The notes below the pieces were generated by a model. The model saw nothing but the letters and a program-made list of their open reading frames with translations. It had not been told where the DNA came from and searched no databases. Of a DNA stretch of 64,000 bases, positions 55,306-64,000 are shown in pieces. The stretch comes from Myxococcales bacterium (GTDB lineage: Bacteria; Myxococcota_A; Polyangia; Polyangiales; Houyiibacteriaceae), in contig JAOTYL010000001.1 of the NCBI GenBank assembly GCA_029861865.1, positions 498,536 to 562,535 on the forward strand, in the 5' to 3' direction. Numbering within the stretch: the stretch's first letter is position 1; each line of letters begins with the position of its first letter. A program made the position numbers and the translations under genes.

Positions 55306-57996
55306 TTGTCCGAAGGATCCAGTCCGGTGGTCGATCTAGGTGGCCTCGCCCCAACGCTCGGCAAGACGTGTAGTGGTTATCTCGGTGGATACCGCCGGGC
55401 GTTCGAGGACGCGGTGCGCCGTGGGGACCCGGGGGTTCTCACGGCCCGCTCTCATGCGCGAGCGCTCGATGGTCTCCTGAACGCTTTGTACTGCGCCTCG
55501 GACGCTGCGACCCAGGCCCTGGGGCAGAGTCCACGCGGTCGCGGGGCGCTCGTTGCCGTAGGTGGCTACGGCCGTTCTACGCTCGGTCTGAATAGCGATG
55601 TAGACGTCGTCTTCCTTTGCGACGATTCTTCCGACCCATTCGTCGGGGCGCTCGCGGAAGGATTGCTTTATCCTCTTTGGGATCTGGGGGTCGACATCGG
55701 TCACGCGGTCCGAAGCGTCGACGAGACCTTGCGCTTGGCACGCGAAGACATCCGCACAACCACGACCTTGATCGACTTCCGACGCATCGCAGGAAGCGGC
55801 TCCCTTCTCGACGACTTAGAGCGTGGCGCCCGTCAGCAGGTGTTCGAGCCGCACCTGGTCGAGTTCCTCGAGGCCCTCGAGCAAGACACGGCGAGCCGAC
55901 ACCGTCGTTTTGGGGGCAGTCTCTATCTCCTCGAGCCGGACGTGAAGCAGGGCCGCGGCGGTCTGCGCGACTTGGACGTGGCGGAATGGGCAGCGCGCGC
56001 CCGTTGGGGTGCTCGAAACGAGCAAGACTACGTGCGAACCGGGGCGTTGCTTGCGCGGGAAGTGCGTGAGCTCGAGGACGCGCGCGAGATGCTTTGGCGC
56101 GTGCGGAACGTGCTGCACCTTCGGGCGGGCCGCCAACAAGACCGGCTCACGTTCGGCGACCAGGAAGATGTGGCGCAGGAGCTCGGGTTCGTCGATGGCG
56201 TGACCCTTGGTGTGGAGCAGTTCATGCAGGCTTACTATCGCCACGCTCGGATCGTCGCGCTCACCGCAGAGCGAATGCTCGATCGCGCCCGCCCGCGTCG
56301 CAAGGGTCGTGCGGCCACGTTTCGTAAGCTCGCCGATGGTATCTTCCTGGCGGACGACTTCATCTCGATCGAGAACCCGCACCGCCTGGAGTCAGACCCG
56401 GCGCTCGCTTTTCGTTTTTACCGGCAGGCGCTCCGACATGAGAAGCGGCCTGACCATTCCGCCCGAGATGCCATCGCTCGAATGGCGCCCAACAAGCGAT
56501 GGCGCCTTCGGCTTCAAGATTCAGAGGAGGCGACCCAGTTGTTTCTCTCCGGGTTGCGAAACGTCGACGTGGCTCCGTTTCGAACGAGCTCTACGATTGC
56601 CGAGCTTCACGACGTGGGCTTGGTCACTGCAATGATCCCGGAGTTCGAACCGTTGGTCGGTCGCGTCAATCACGACGTATTTCACGTCTACACCGCAGAC
56701 ATCCATGCGGTGAGGGCCGTGGAGCATCTGCAAGCACTGACTCGTGGCGAGAGCCGTGTTTCTTCATTGGCCGCGCGCTTGGCAGCGGAAGCACCACGTC
56801 GCCTTCCGGTTTTCTTGGCCGTATTGCTGCATTCGCTCGGACGCGTTCGTGGCAAGGATCAGGAAGCTCAGGGCGCGCGACTTGCCGAGAGCGTCGCTCT
56901 CCGTTTGGGTTTCAGCGCCATCGACGCGCAGCACATCGGCTGGCTCGTCCTCCAGCAAAAGTCGCTTTATCGCTGGGCTACGCAACGGGACATTCACGAT
57001 CCCCAGGGCCTTGCCGAGGTCGTCCGGATGGTAGGGACGCCCGAACGGCTTCGTGACCTGTTCCTATGCACCGTCGCCGTGGTTTCCACGGTGAACCCCA
57101 AAGGGATCACCTCTTGGAAGGCGCGGGCGCTCGAAGACCTGTATCTCGCGACGCTCGCCGAGCTCGAATCGAGCGACGCGCCGATCCAGACCGAAACCCG
57201 GGTGCTCGAGGTGAAGCTGCAAGCTGTCGTTGGCTTTGCGGGCGATGCGGGCCAGGAGGAGCTTCACGCGTTCATCGACGAGATGCCCGACCGTTACTTT
57301 CTCGGAAATCCGGTCGACGTGGTCCGTCGCCACGCCCGGATCGCCCGCGATCGCGATGCCGATCTCGTCACCGTGCGTGTCGGTCCGGGGCCGAGCGACG
57401 ACGTCGAAGAAATCGTAGTCGTAAGCTTAGACCGTCCGGGCCTCCTCGCCGACCTGACTGCGGTATTCGCCGCGCACGATCTCTCCGTCTTGGCTGCTCA
57501 GATCTACACGAGGCAACGTCCGAGCGGTAACGAAGTGTTCGACGTGTTTTGGGTGAAGATTGGTGAGGACACCCCAATGCCGGCTCGGCTCGCCGAGGAG
57601 CTCCGGCGAGATATCGCTCACCGCCTCACCAACCGCATCTCCGCCGAGGATCTCATCGCGCGGCGAAGCACGCCGCCGCCCTGGGCCGTACGCCCTGGGC
57701 CGCAGGTGCCGACGCACATCAGCGTCGACAACAACGCCTCGGCGAAATACACGGTCGTCGACGTGTTCACCCGGGACCGCGCAGGACTTCTTCACGAGAT
57801 CGCGCGCACGCTCCACGAGCTAGGTTTGAGCATTGCCGTCTCGAAGGTGAACACGGAGGGGCAGAGCGTTGCGGACGTCTTCTACGTGGCCGATGGAGAG
57901 GGCAAGAAGCTTCGGGACCCCGAGCAACTCAAGCGGCTCCAACGCGTCCTTTATGATCGCGTCTTGGCGCTCCACGCGCGCGCTGAGAGCCAATGA
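55306..57996 (+). CDS. glnD: [Protein-PII] uridylyltransferase/uridylyl-removing enzyme
   Basis: 896 aa. Nucleotidyltransferase region (GGYGRSTLGLNSDVDVVFL), an HD domain, and two C-terminal ACT domains. Confidence 0.93.
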   Translation: MSEGSSPVVDLGGLAPTLGKTCSGYLGGYRRAFEDAVRRGDPGVLTARSHARALDGLLNALYCASDAATQALGQSPRGRGALVAVGGYGRSTLGLNSDVDVVFLCDDSSDPFVGALAEGLLYPLWDLGVDIGHAVRSVDETLRLAREDIRTTTTLIDFRRIAGSGSLLDDLERGARQQVFEPHLVEFLEALEQDTASRHRRFGGSLYLLEPDVKQGRGGLRDLDVAEWAARARWGARNEQDYVRTGALLAREVRELEDAREMLWRVRNVLHLRAGRQQDRLTFGDQEDVAQELGFVDGVTLGVEQFMQAYYRHARIVALTAERMLDRARPRRKGRAATFRKLADGIFLADDFISIENPHRLESDPALAFRFYRQALRHEKRPDHSARDAIARMAPNKRWRLRLQDSEEATQLFLSGLRNVDVAPFRTSSTIAELHDVGLVTAMIPEFEPLVGRVNHDVFHVYTADIHAVRAVEHLQALTRGESRVSSLAARLAAEAPRRLPVFLAVLLHSLGRVRGKDQEAQGARLAESVALRLGFSAIDAQHIGWLVLQQKSLYRWATQRDIHDPQGLAEVVRMVGTPERLRDLFLCTVAVVSTVNPKGITSWKARALEDLYLATLAELESSDAPIQTETRVLEVKLQAVVGFAGDAGQEELHAFIDEMPDRYFLGNPVDVVRRHARIARDRDADLVTVRVGPGPSDDVEEIVVVSLDRPGLLADLTAVFAAHDLSVLAAQIYTRQRPSGNEVFDVFWVKIGEDTPMPARLAEELRRDIAHRLTNRISAEDLIARRSTPPPWAVRPGPQVPTHISVDNNASAKYTVVDVFTRDRAGLLHEIARTLHELGLSIAVSKVNTEGQSVADVFYVADGEGKKLRDPEQLKRLQRVLYDRVLALHARAESQ

Positions 57997-59069
57997 GGCA
58001 AAAAGAAATAGGCGATAGTGTGGGGGTGGTGGGGCGGGACAAACTCCCGGGCCGCAGGCCCGAACCTGGCGATAATGTGGGGGTGCTGGGCCGGGACAAA
58101 CCCCCGTTCGTCGTTCTTGTTCTGCTGATCGCCTGTGGTTCGAGCCACACCCCTACAGCGACGCCCAGCCCCGGCGTTGAACAGGCGAGCCGACCGCCGG
58201 CCACTCCGGAGGTGCTGCGCGGCGAGCGGCTGTTGGCCAAAGGGCAACTCGAGGAAGCGCAGGTTGCGCTCGAGGAGGCGGTCGAGAACGATCCGCAGGA
58301 CCCTCGCGCATGGTTGGATCTGGGTCTCTTGTACGAGGAGATGGGCGATCCGAGGCGGGCCGAGAAGGCATATCGCCGCTCGAGCGAAATCGACGAGAAC
58401 TTCGCAGAGCCGTACAACAACCTCGGTGTCTTGCTCCGTGAGCGCGGCCAGCTCGCCGACGCGATTCCGATGCTCGAGCGAGCCGCCGCTCTCGACCCCC
58501 GGCTTGGGCCCGCTCGCTTTAACCTAGCGCTCGCCTACGAAGACGCAGGTGAGCGCGACAAAGCCGAGAGCGAGTATCTCGCCGCGATCCAAGCGCTGCA
58601 AAACGATCCGGTTCCGCGCATCAATCTGGCGATGCTCTACCTCGACACCGACCGGCCGGATGAGGCAGCCGATCAACTCCGAGCCGCAGCGCCTTGGGTC
58701 CGCCAGGATGTGCTGCTCTCGATCGCGGTTGGGGGAGCGCTTCGACGGGCAGGGGCGCCCGAGGAAGCGGTCGAAGTGCTTCACGGTGCGCTCAAGCAGG
58801 CCCCGGATCCTCCACCGACCGAGCTCCTCGCTGAGCTCGCGCTGGCGCTATACGCAACCGATGCGGTCCCGGCGGCGGAGAAAACCATGCGCAGTGCGGT
58901 CAACCAATCACCCAAAGACCCAGCGCTCCAATACGCCCTCGGAGCCATCTTGGTGAAACGCGGCAAGCTCGACGAGGCGCGCAGACACCTGCAACGTGTC
59001 GTCAAGCTCGATCCCGATGGTCCCTATGCGGCGCGTGCGCGTGCGCAGCTCCGGTCGATCAGTCCGTAG
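57993..59069 (+). CDS. TPR-repeat lipoprotein; start uncertain
   Basis: Lipobox VLLIAC followed by multiple TPR units (AWLDLGLLYEEMGDPRRAEKAY..., PYNNLGVLLRERGQ...). Possible starts are ATG 57993 (ATGA overlap with the glnD stop) or GTG 58077/58083. Confidence 0.75.
   Translation: MRQKEIGDSVGVVGRDKLPGRRPEPGDNVGVLGRDKPPFVVLVLLIACGSSHTPTATPSPGVEQASRPPATPEVLRGERLLAKGQLEEAQVALEEAVENDPQDPRAWLDLGLLYEEMGDPRRAEKAYRRSSEIDENFAEPYNNLGVLLRERGQLADAIPMLERAAALDPRLGPARFNLALAYEDAGERDKAESEYLAAIQALQNDPVPRINLAMLYLDTDRPDEAADQLRAAAPWVRQDVLLSIAVGGALRRAGAPEEAVEVLHGALKQAPDPPPTELLAELALALYATDAVPAAEKTMRSAVNQSPKDPALQYALGAILVKRGKLDEARRHLQRVVKLDPDGPYAARARAQLRSISP
58011..58106. repeat. Direct duplication of a ~39-bp unit with a 57-bp period
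   Basis: Copy 1 at 58011-58050: ggcgatagtgtgggggtggtggggcgggacaaactcccgg. Copy 2 at 58068-58106: ggcgataatgtgggggtgctgggccgggacaaacccccg. Confidence 0.8.
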
Positions 59070-59649
59070 TGTCGCGTCGCCCGAGCCCGACGAGGAACAC
59101 CTCGTAGCTCTCGTCGCGAGTGGCCTCTGGTCGTATGACGCGAACCCTCTCGAAGGCTTCGCGCACCGCGTTTCGGGCGTCGCCGAACTCTTTCCCCTGA
59201 AAGATCTTCCCGACGAAATGACCGCCTGGCTCGAGCACCACGCTCGCCAACCCGAGCGCCCGCATGAAGAGCTCATAGCTTCGGTACTGGTCGGCGTGCC
59301 GCTGGCCGCTGGTCTTCGGTGCCATATCGCTGATCACGACGTCGAATGGCCCTCCGAGCCTCTCGGGTTCGATCGTAAAGGCATCGAGTGTCCGAATCTC
59401 TGCGTGCGGAGGCAACGCGGCTTCGGGGTCGTTCAAATCGATTCCGAGCACGCGTCCGCTCGGCCCGACACGTTCGGCAGCGTAGAGTGTCCACGAGCCT
59501 GGGCTCGCCCCGAGGTCCAGCACGCGCTGCCCCTTCTTGAAGAGACCGATGCGTCGATCGATCTCCTCGAGCTTGTAGACCGAGCGTGCGGGATAGCCCG
59601 AACGCCGTGCCCGGCGTCCGAAGTGATCCTGCTTCCTCCGCCCGGGCAG
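59059..59649 (-). CDS. rlmE: 23S rRNA U2552 2'-O-methyltransferase (RlmE/FtsJ); no canonical start codon
   Basis: ARSVYKLEEIDRRIGLFKKGQRVLDLGASPGSW...VVISDMAP...GGHFVGKIFQG. The conserved YKLEEI region lies upstream of the first GTG (59523). The only start-like codon is CTG 59649, directly after the rplC TAA. Confidence 0.75.
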   Translation of the reverse strand: MPGRRKQDHFGRRARRSGYPARSVYKLEEIDRRIGLFKKGQRVLDLGASPGSWTLYAAERVGPSGRVLGIDLNDPEAALPPHAEIRTLDAFTIEPERLGGPFDVVISDMAPKTSGQRHADQYRSYELFMRALGLASVVLEPGGHFVGKIFQGKEFGDARNAVREAFERVRVIRPEATRDESYEVFLVGLGRRDTTD

Positions 59650-60372
59650 TTAGCCCTCGTCGGTGGCGGGCGCGTTAGCAGCCGGCTCTTCTTTGGCCGG
59701 CGGCTCGGGAAGCGGGACGGGGGCCTTCTTGATCGCCCCTTTCACCGTGACGAAGGCATTTCGAGGCCCGGGAACACCTCCTTCGACGAGCACGATACTC
59801 TCATCTGCGAGCACGCGCACGACGCGAAGGTTCAAGATCGTGGCCTTCTTGTTGCCGTGTTGGCCTGGCATCTTTTGGCCGCGCAGCGTGCGACCCGGGG
59901 TCATGTTCATGCCGATCGAACCACCATGCCGCTTGTACTCGTGGGTGCCGTGCCCGACCGTGCCGGCGCCGGCGAAGTTGTGTCGCTTCATCACACCGGT
60001 GAAGCCGCGACCCTTGCTGGTTCCCGAAACGTCGACGAACTGACCCTCCTGGAAGATGTCGGCGGCGCCGAGCTTCTGGCCCACTTCGAAGCGATCGAGA
60101 AGCTCCGGGTCGATCCGAAACTCTTGAACCAGGCGCGCGGCCTCGACGCCGGCCTTCTTGAAAGCGCCTGCCGACGGCTTGGTCACGAGCTTTGCACGTC
60201 GCTCTCCGATGCCGATTCGCAGGGCCGCGTAGCCGTCTTTTTCAGGGGTGCGCTTGCCGACCACGACGCACGGCCCCGTCTTGATGGCGGTGACGCGGCG
60301 CACCTCCCCGTCATCGAGAAAGATCTGGGTATTGCCAAGCTTGGTGCCGATGAGGCCGGGGTTCGTATTCAC
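59650..60372 (-). CDS. rplC: 50S ribosomal protein L3 with a Pro/Ala/Glu-rich C-terminal extension
   Basis: GLIGTKLGNTQIF, DVSGTSKGRGFTGVMKRHNF, GSIGMNMTPGR, LVEGGVPG. 240 aa, GTG start. Confidence 0.85.
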   Translation of the reverse strand: MNTNPGLIGTKLGNTQIFLDDGEVRRVTAIKTGPCVVVGKRTPEKDGYAALRIGIGERRAKLVTKPSAGAFKKAGVEAARLVQEFRIDPELLDRFEVGQKLGAADIFQEGQFVDVSGTSKGRGFTGVMKRHNFAGAGTVGHGTHEYKRHGGSIGMNMTPGRTLRGQKMPGQHGNKKATILNLRVVRVLADESIVLVEGGVPGPRNAFVTVKGAIKKAPVPLPEPPAKEEPAANAPATDEG

Positions 60373-60399
60373 GTTGTGCTCGCCTGAAAAAGGGCCGCA

Positions 60400-60443
60400 A
60401 AGATAGTGAGGGGTCGAAGGGAGTCAAGGCGGATGCCTTCGAC
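60400..60443 (-). promoter_or_regulatory. rplC upstream region: candidate promoter TTGACT-N16-TATCTT overlapping an 8-bp-stem hairpin
   Basis: Hairpin arms gtcgaagg (60413-60420) and ccttcgac (60436-60443). The -35 hexamer (60422-60427) sits in the loop; the -10 hexamer is at 60400-60405. Confidence 0.3.
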
Positions 60444-60457
60444 GGACCCTTTGGGAA

Positions 60458-61243
60458 TTACTCGGCGATTCCGAACACGCGGAGCGCGTTTTGATAGGTC
60501 TGCTCGGCCAGCGCGTCAGGGTCTTCGCCGCGAAGCTCTGCAATGCACGCCGCGGTGTGTGCTACATAGGCGGGTTCATTGCGTTTTCCGCGCTTCGGGA
60601 CCGGCGCCAGGTAAGGGGCATCCGTCTCGATCAGCAAGGAATCAGCGGGTTGTCGGCGCGCCGCGTCCCGGACCTCGACAGCCTTCTTGAAGGTCACGAT
60701 ACCGCTGAACGAGGAAACGAAACCCAGATCGAGGGCCGCTGCGGCGAAGGCGTGATCTTCGCTGAAGCAGTGGATGATCCCACCGATATCGTTGGCCGAC
60801 TCCTCACGCAAAATCCGAAGCGTATCTGCAGGAGCGGACCGGGTGTGAATCACCAGGGGTTTGTTGAGCTCCTTGGCGACCGTGATCTGCGCGCGGAATG
60901 CGGCCTCTTGCGCCGAGTGAGAAGAATGGTCGTAGTGAAAGTCGAGCCCAGTTTCGCCGATTGCGACGACCGATGCGTCCTTCCCGACTTCACGAATCGC
61001 GTCGCCGAGCTCGGGTGTGAAGTGCTTTGCGTCGTGCGGGTGCACGCCGACCGTTGCCGTAACCCAACCGGGATGTTGGCGCGCGAGCTTCAGGGCAGAC
61101 GTCACCGACCCCACGTCATGGGCGCAACCGATCGTCGTGATGCGTCGCACCCCCGCCTCCTTCGCGCGCGTCAATACGTCATCGAGCTCTTCGTAGAGTC
61201 GCGGGTCGTCGAGGTGACAGTGGGTGTCGAACAACATGGGCAT
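60458..61243 (-). CDS. tatD: TatD-family metal-dependent hydrolase
   Basis: LFDTHCHLDD, IGETGLDFHY, VIHTR and ETDAPYL motifs. Confidence 0.9.
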   Translation of the reverse strand: MPMLFDTHCHLDDPRLYEELDDVLTRAKEAGVRRITTIGCAHDVGSVTSALKLARQHPGWVTATVGVHPHDAKHFTPELGDAIREVGKDASVVAIGETGLDFHYDHSSHSAQEAAFRAQITVAKELNKPLVIHTRSAPADTLRILREESANDIGGIIHCFSEDHAFAAAALDLGFVSSFSGIVTFKKAVEVRDAARRQPADSLLIETDAPYLAPVPKRGKRNEPAYVAHTAACIAELRGEDPDALAEQTYQNALRVFGIAE

Positions 61244-61248
61244 CGCCG

Positions 61249-62256
61249 CTATCCAGGGTGATTCGTCCGACGCACGGAAGCAAGCAATGCTCGCGCCTCG
61301 GCGCTCTGTGGCGCAAGCTGCTCCAGCGTGGCCTCGTAGACCGGCTGTTCCGTGTCGTCGCTTCGTCGTAACGCGCGTGCAAGATCGGGTAGCAGCGCGA
61401 TGAGCCTGAGCTCTCCAACGAGCTGAACGGCATACTGACGCGCTTCAATTCGCCAGCTTCGCAGGATGTTCCGGATCACGCGAACGCCAAGGGGATCGTC
61501 GAGCTTCACTAGGGCACGCGCAGCAGCGGCTCGCAAGATCGGCGAACGAAATCTACGACGCGCCAACGCCGTCAAGTCTTCGAGGGATGCCTGATCTTTG
61601 AGATCTCCAAGGCCGATCGCAGCGTCGAATGCGCGATTACCATGGAGCGCAGCCCTGAGGGTAGATGCGCCACGCGAATCGCCAAGCGCAGCAAGCGCAT
61701 TTGCGGCCGCGAACCGAACTCGGTCTGAACGGTCCTCGAGGAGCGCAGCGATTGCCTCCACCTGGCCTTTCGCATCGAGCTCTCCCATACACTCGACGGC
61801 GAGGAGCCGAACTTCTTCATCGGGGTCCTTCAACAGGATCGAAAGCCGCTCCGGGCGCGCATTGCCGATCCGTGACAACGTCCAGACCGCCGAGAAACGC
61901 ATCTCCGGTCGCTCGTCTTCGAGAAGAGCCTCGATCGCTTCGGCGGTTTCATTCGGTGCTACGCGGCCTGCTGCGAGAACGGCGGCCTGTCGCGCACCCA
62001 CATGACCGTCGTCGAACGCCTCCAGTAATCCAAAGAGCGCCTCGTGAGCGCCGAGCTCGCCGATCGCCTCATACGCGGCCTCGCGTACCGCTCCCACTGC
62101 ATCGTTTGTGAGCGTCAACAGCCCGGCGACGGCTTCCGCGCGCCGTTCGAGCGGGGGGTCGACCAGTCGCTTCGCAGCCGCGATGCGAAAGCGTGGGCCC
62201 CGCGCGTGAACATCTCGAAGGGCAGCCTCGAAGGTTGGGGTAAGTGGGGGGATCAC
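61249..62256 (-). CDS. HEAT-repeat protein
   Basis: Repeated ~30-aa helical units (VREAAYEAIGELG, VRFAAANALAALGD, EVRLLAVECMGELD). GTG start overlaps the metG stop (GTGA). Confidence 0.75.
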   Translation of the reverse strand: MIPPLTPTFEAALRDVHARGPRFRIAAAKRLVDPPLERRAEAVAGLLTLTNDAVGAVREAAYEAIGELGAHEALFGLLEAFDDGHVGARQAAVLAAGRVAPNETAEAIEALLEDERPEMRFSAVWTLSRIGNARPERLSILLKDPDEEVRLLAVECMGELDAKGQVEAIAALLEDRSDRVRFAAANALAALGDSRGASTLRAALHGNRAFDAAIGLGDLKDQASLEDLTALARRRFRSPILRAAAARALVKLDDPLGVRVIRNILRSWRIEARQYAVQLVGELRLIALLPDLARALRRSDDTEQPVYEATLEQLAPQSAEARALLASVRRTNHPG

Positions 62257-63875
62257 TTCGCGTCTGATCCGGGGGAGTCAACTGCGAGACGTTCGAGAAT
62301 CGAACGTTCCTGAGCTTCGTCGAAGCGGGGAAACAGGGGTGTGGCGGCACGTGTCTCGATCCCCGGCCTCAGCCCGCCCCACGCGCTCGGCCAAAGGTCG
62401 ACGCCTTCGGTTGGCAGCAACGGCGGCATGCCTATCTGGCCGCGGAGCTCGTTGCACTTGTTGGGCATGACCGGGAACAACATGATCGAGAGCCAACGCA
62501 GAGTCTCGAGAACCGTGTAGCAAACCTGTTCGAGGCGCTGCTTCGCGCCTTGCTTTGCGAGCCTCCACGGCTCGGTCGAGTCCACATACTTGTTGGCCGC
62601 TGAGACCAATTCCCAGGTCGTATCCAGTGCCCGGTGAAAGGCCAGCGCTTCGAGGTGTTGTGCGGCCTCGTGTGCTGCGGCCTTTGCCGTGTCGATGAGA
62701 TCACGATCGGCGTCTTCGAGGTCATCGAGGCCCGCGCTTGGAACGCGCCCATCGAGGTTCCTCTTGACGATGCTAGCGACGATCCGGTTCATCAAGTTGC
62801 CGAGGCCATTCGCGAGCTCGCCGTTGTACCGGGCCATTAGATTGCGATGGCTGAAATCGCCGTCCTGACCGAAGCCAACCTCCCGCATCAAGTAGTAGCG
62901 CAGCACGTCTGCCCCGAAAGCTTCGACCAACGGCCCCGGCGGCAAAAAGTTGCCGAGCGACTTCGACATCTTCTCGCCGTTGACGGTGAGCCAGCCGTGC
63001 GCCCAGATCTGGCTCGGCACACGAACCCCTGCGCTGAGCAAGAACGCGGGCCAGTACACTGCGTGGAAACGGAGGATGTCCTTGCCGACGATGTGCGTGA
63101 TGGTCTGAGCCGACGTCCAGAACTCGTCGTAGAGCGGCGCCTCCCCTTCGGGGGCCGGTCCTCCGAGCGCACTAACGTAGTTGGTGAGCGCGTCGAGCCA
63201 AACGTAGACGACGTGTTCTTCATCGTCGAGCACCGGGACGCCCCAACGAAAGCTGGTTCGCGAAATCGACAAATCCCGAAGTCCCTCTTTGACGAATGAC
63301 TTAACCTCGTTGAAGCGCGCATCGGGTTGCACGAAGTCTGGGTGCGCCTCGTAGTGGTTGAGCAGGGGTTTCGTGTAGTTGCTCAGTCGGAAAAAGTAGC
63401 TCCGCTCTTTGATCCGCTCGACCGGCGTTCGGTGAATAGCGCAGAGGTTGCCTTCGAGCAGCTCTTTCACCGTCTTGAAGGACTCGCAACCGACGCAGTA
63501 CCAGTCTTCGTAGTCGTCGAGGTAAATGTCGCCCCGGTCCTTCATCATCTTCCAAATCGCTTGGACGCTTTGGCGATGCTCGGCGGAGGTCGTGCGGATG
63601 AATCCGTCGTGCGCGCAGTCGAGCTCCTCCCAGGCGGAGCGAAATGGGGCTGCCATGCGGTCGACGAAGTCTTGCGGCGCCAACTGCTCTTCTCTTGCGC
63701 GCCGCTCGATCTTCAGACCGTGCTCGTCGAGGCCAGTCAGGAAGTACGTCGGATTGCCGCGAAGGCGCTGGTAACGCGACACGACGTCCGCGGCGACCGT
63801 CGAGTAAGCGTGCCCGATATGCGGTCGATCGTTGACGTAATAGATTGGCGTGGTGACGTAATATGGACGCGCCAT
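62253..63875 (-). CDS. metG: Methionine--tRNA ligase
   Basis: Start moved to ATG 63875 (MARPYYVTTPIYYVNDRPHIGHAYS). The HIGH and KMSKS (EKMSKSLGN) motifs are present. Confidence 0.95.
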   Translation of the reverse strand: MARPYYVTTPIYYVNDRPHIGHAYSTVAADVVSRYQRLRGNPTYFLTGLDEHGLKIERRAREEQLAPQDFVDRMAAPFRSAWEELDCAHDGFIRTTSAEHRQSVQAIWKMMKDRGDIYLDDYEDWYCVGCESFKTVKELLEGNLCAIHRTPVERIKERSYFFRLSNYTKPLLNHYEAHPDFVQPDARFNEVKSFVKEGLRDLSISRTSFRWGVPVLDDEEHVVYVWLDALTNYVSALGGPAPEGEAPLYDEFWTSAQTITHIVGKDILRFHAVYWPAFLLSAGVRVPSQIWAHGWLTVNGEKMSKSLGNFLPPGPLVEAFGADVLRYYLMREVGFGQDGDFSHRNLMARYNGELANGLGNLMNRIVASIVKRNLDGRVPSAGLDDLEDADRDLIDTAKAAAHEAAQHLEALAFHRALDTTWELVSAANKYVDSTEPWRLAKQGAKQRLEQVCYTVLETLRWLSIMLFPVMPNKCNELRGQIGMPPLLPTEGVDLWPSAWGGLRPGIETRAATPLFPRFDEAQERSILERLAVDSPGSDAK

Positions 63876-64000
63876 TTTGCGCCCGAGACTAGCCAAATTC
63901 GGGGGAGACGCCACTACAGTACGTCCCGGAGCCCAAACAGCAGCGAGTCGAGGGCGACCTGACGGTTGGCGTTCTGACGCATGGATTCGATGCACGCGTG

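Noticed and set aside
58996-60387. 463-aa + strand ORF spanning the rlmE and rplC loci.
   Set aside because: It is antisense to two genes with clear family motifs (RlmE, L3). Its translation is low-complexity with no recognisable domain.
1-64000. Search for CRISPR arrays, tRNA/rRNA genes, transposases, integrases, phage genes and known defence-system signatures.
   Set aside because: I found none. The only repeats are the hexamer array (18815), the 57-bp duplication (58011) and the 26-bp inverted arms (5270/5412). The DEAD-box helicase, Lon and TatD sit in housekeeping contexts.

Overview
High-GC, gene-dense chromosomal window of about 60 protein genes. I found no rRNA, tRNA, CRISPR array, transposase or integrase. 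The gene content suggests a Myxococcota-type genome (inference only): three PilT-family ATPases, PilC, a PilS-like kinase, two Hanks-type kinases (one a clear pseudokinase with an AgmX/PglI-like tail), three FHA proteins and PEGA domains.

Housekeeping blocks are well supported: rlmB(partial)-pyrF, gpsA, lon, gyrA, hisBHAF, a phosphohexomutase with a mannose-1-P guanylyltransferase, uppP, trpGDC, purNM, glnD, rlmE-rplC, tatD and metG. Many neighbouring genes overlap by ATGA/GTGA start-stop junctions. Most long ORFs antisense to these genes are GC-rich shadow ORFs, and I rejected them.

Items most worth a second look:
1. A tandem pair of diverged PilT paralogs (2368-5196). The first has a duplicated N-domain, a Pro-rich linker and a His-box His->Ser change. 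The pair has leaderless-looking divergent promoters, a coiled-coil membrane protein on one side and a multi-domain pseudokinase on the other.
2. A 168-bp element with 26-bp inverted arms (5270-5437), downstream of that pair.
3. pilT and pilC separated by a secreted protein plus an active Ser/Thr kinase, with no pilB or pilR nearby.
4. A convergent pair of FHA/zinc-ribbon paralogs.
5. An Hsp70 with a ~200-aa disordered insert and no lid, followed by a J-protein.
6. An rplC outside any S10-type operon, followed in the same frame after a single TAA by an rlmE whose conserved N-terminus has no canonical start codon.
7. A (GTCAGT)10 hexanucleotide microsatellite.

Nothing here could be checked against databases. 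All family calls rest on motifs I read in the translations.
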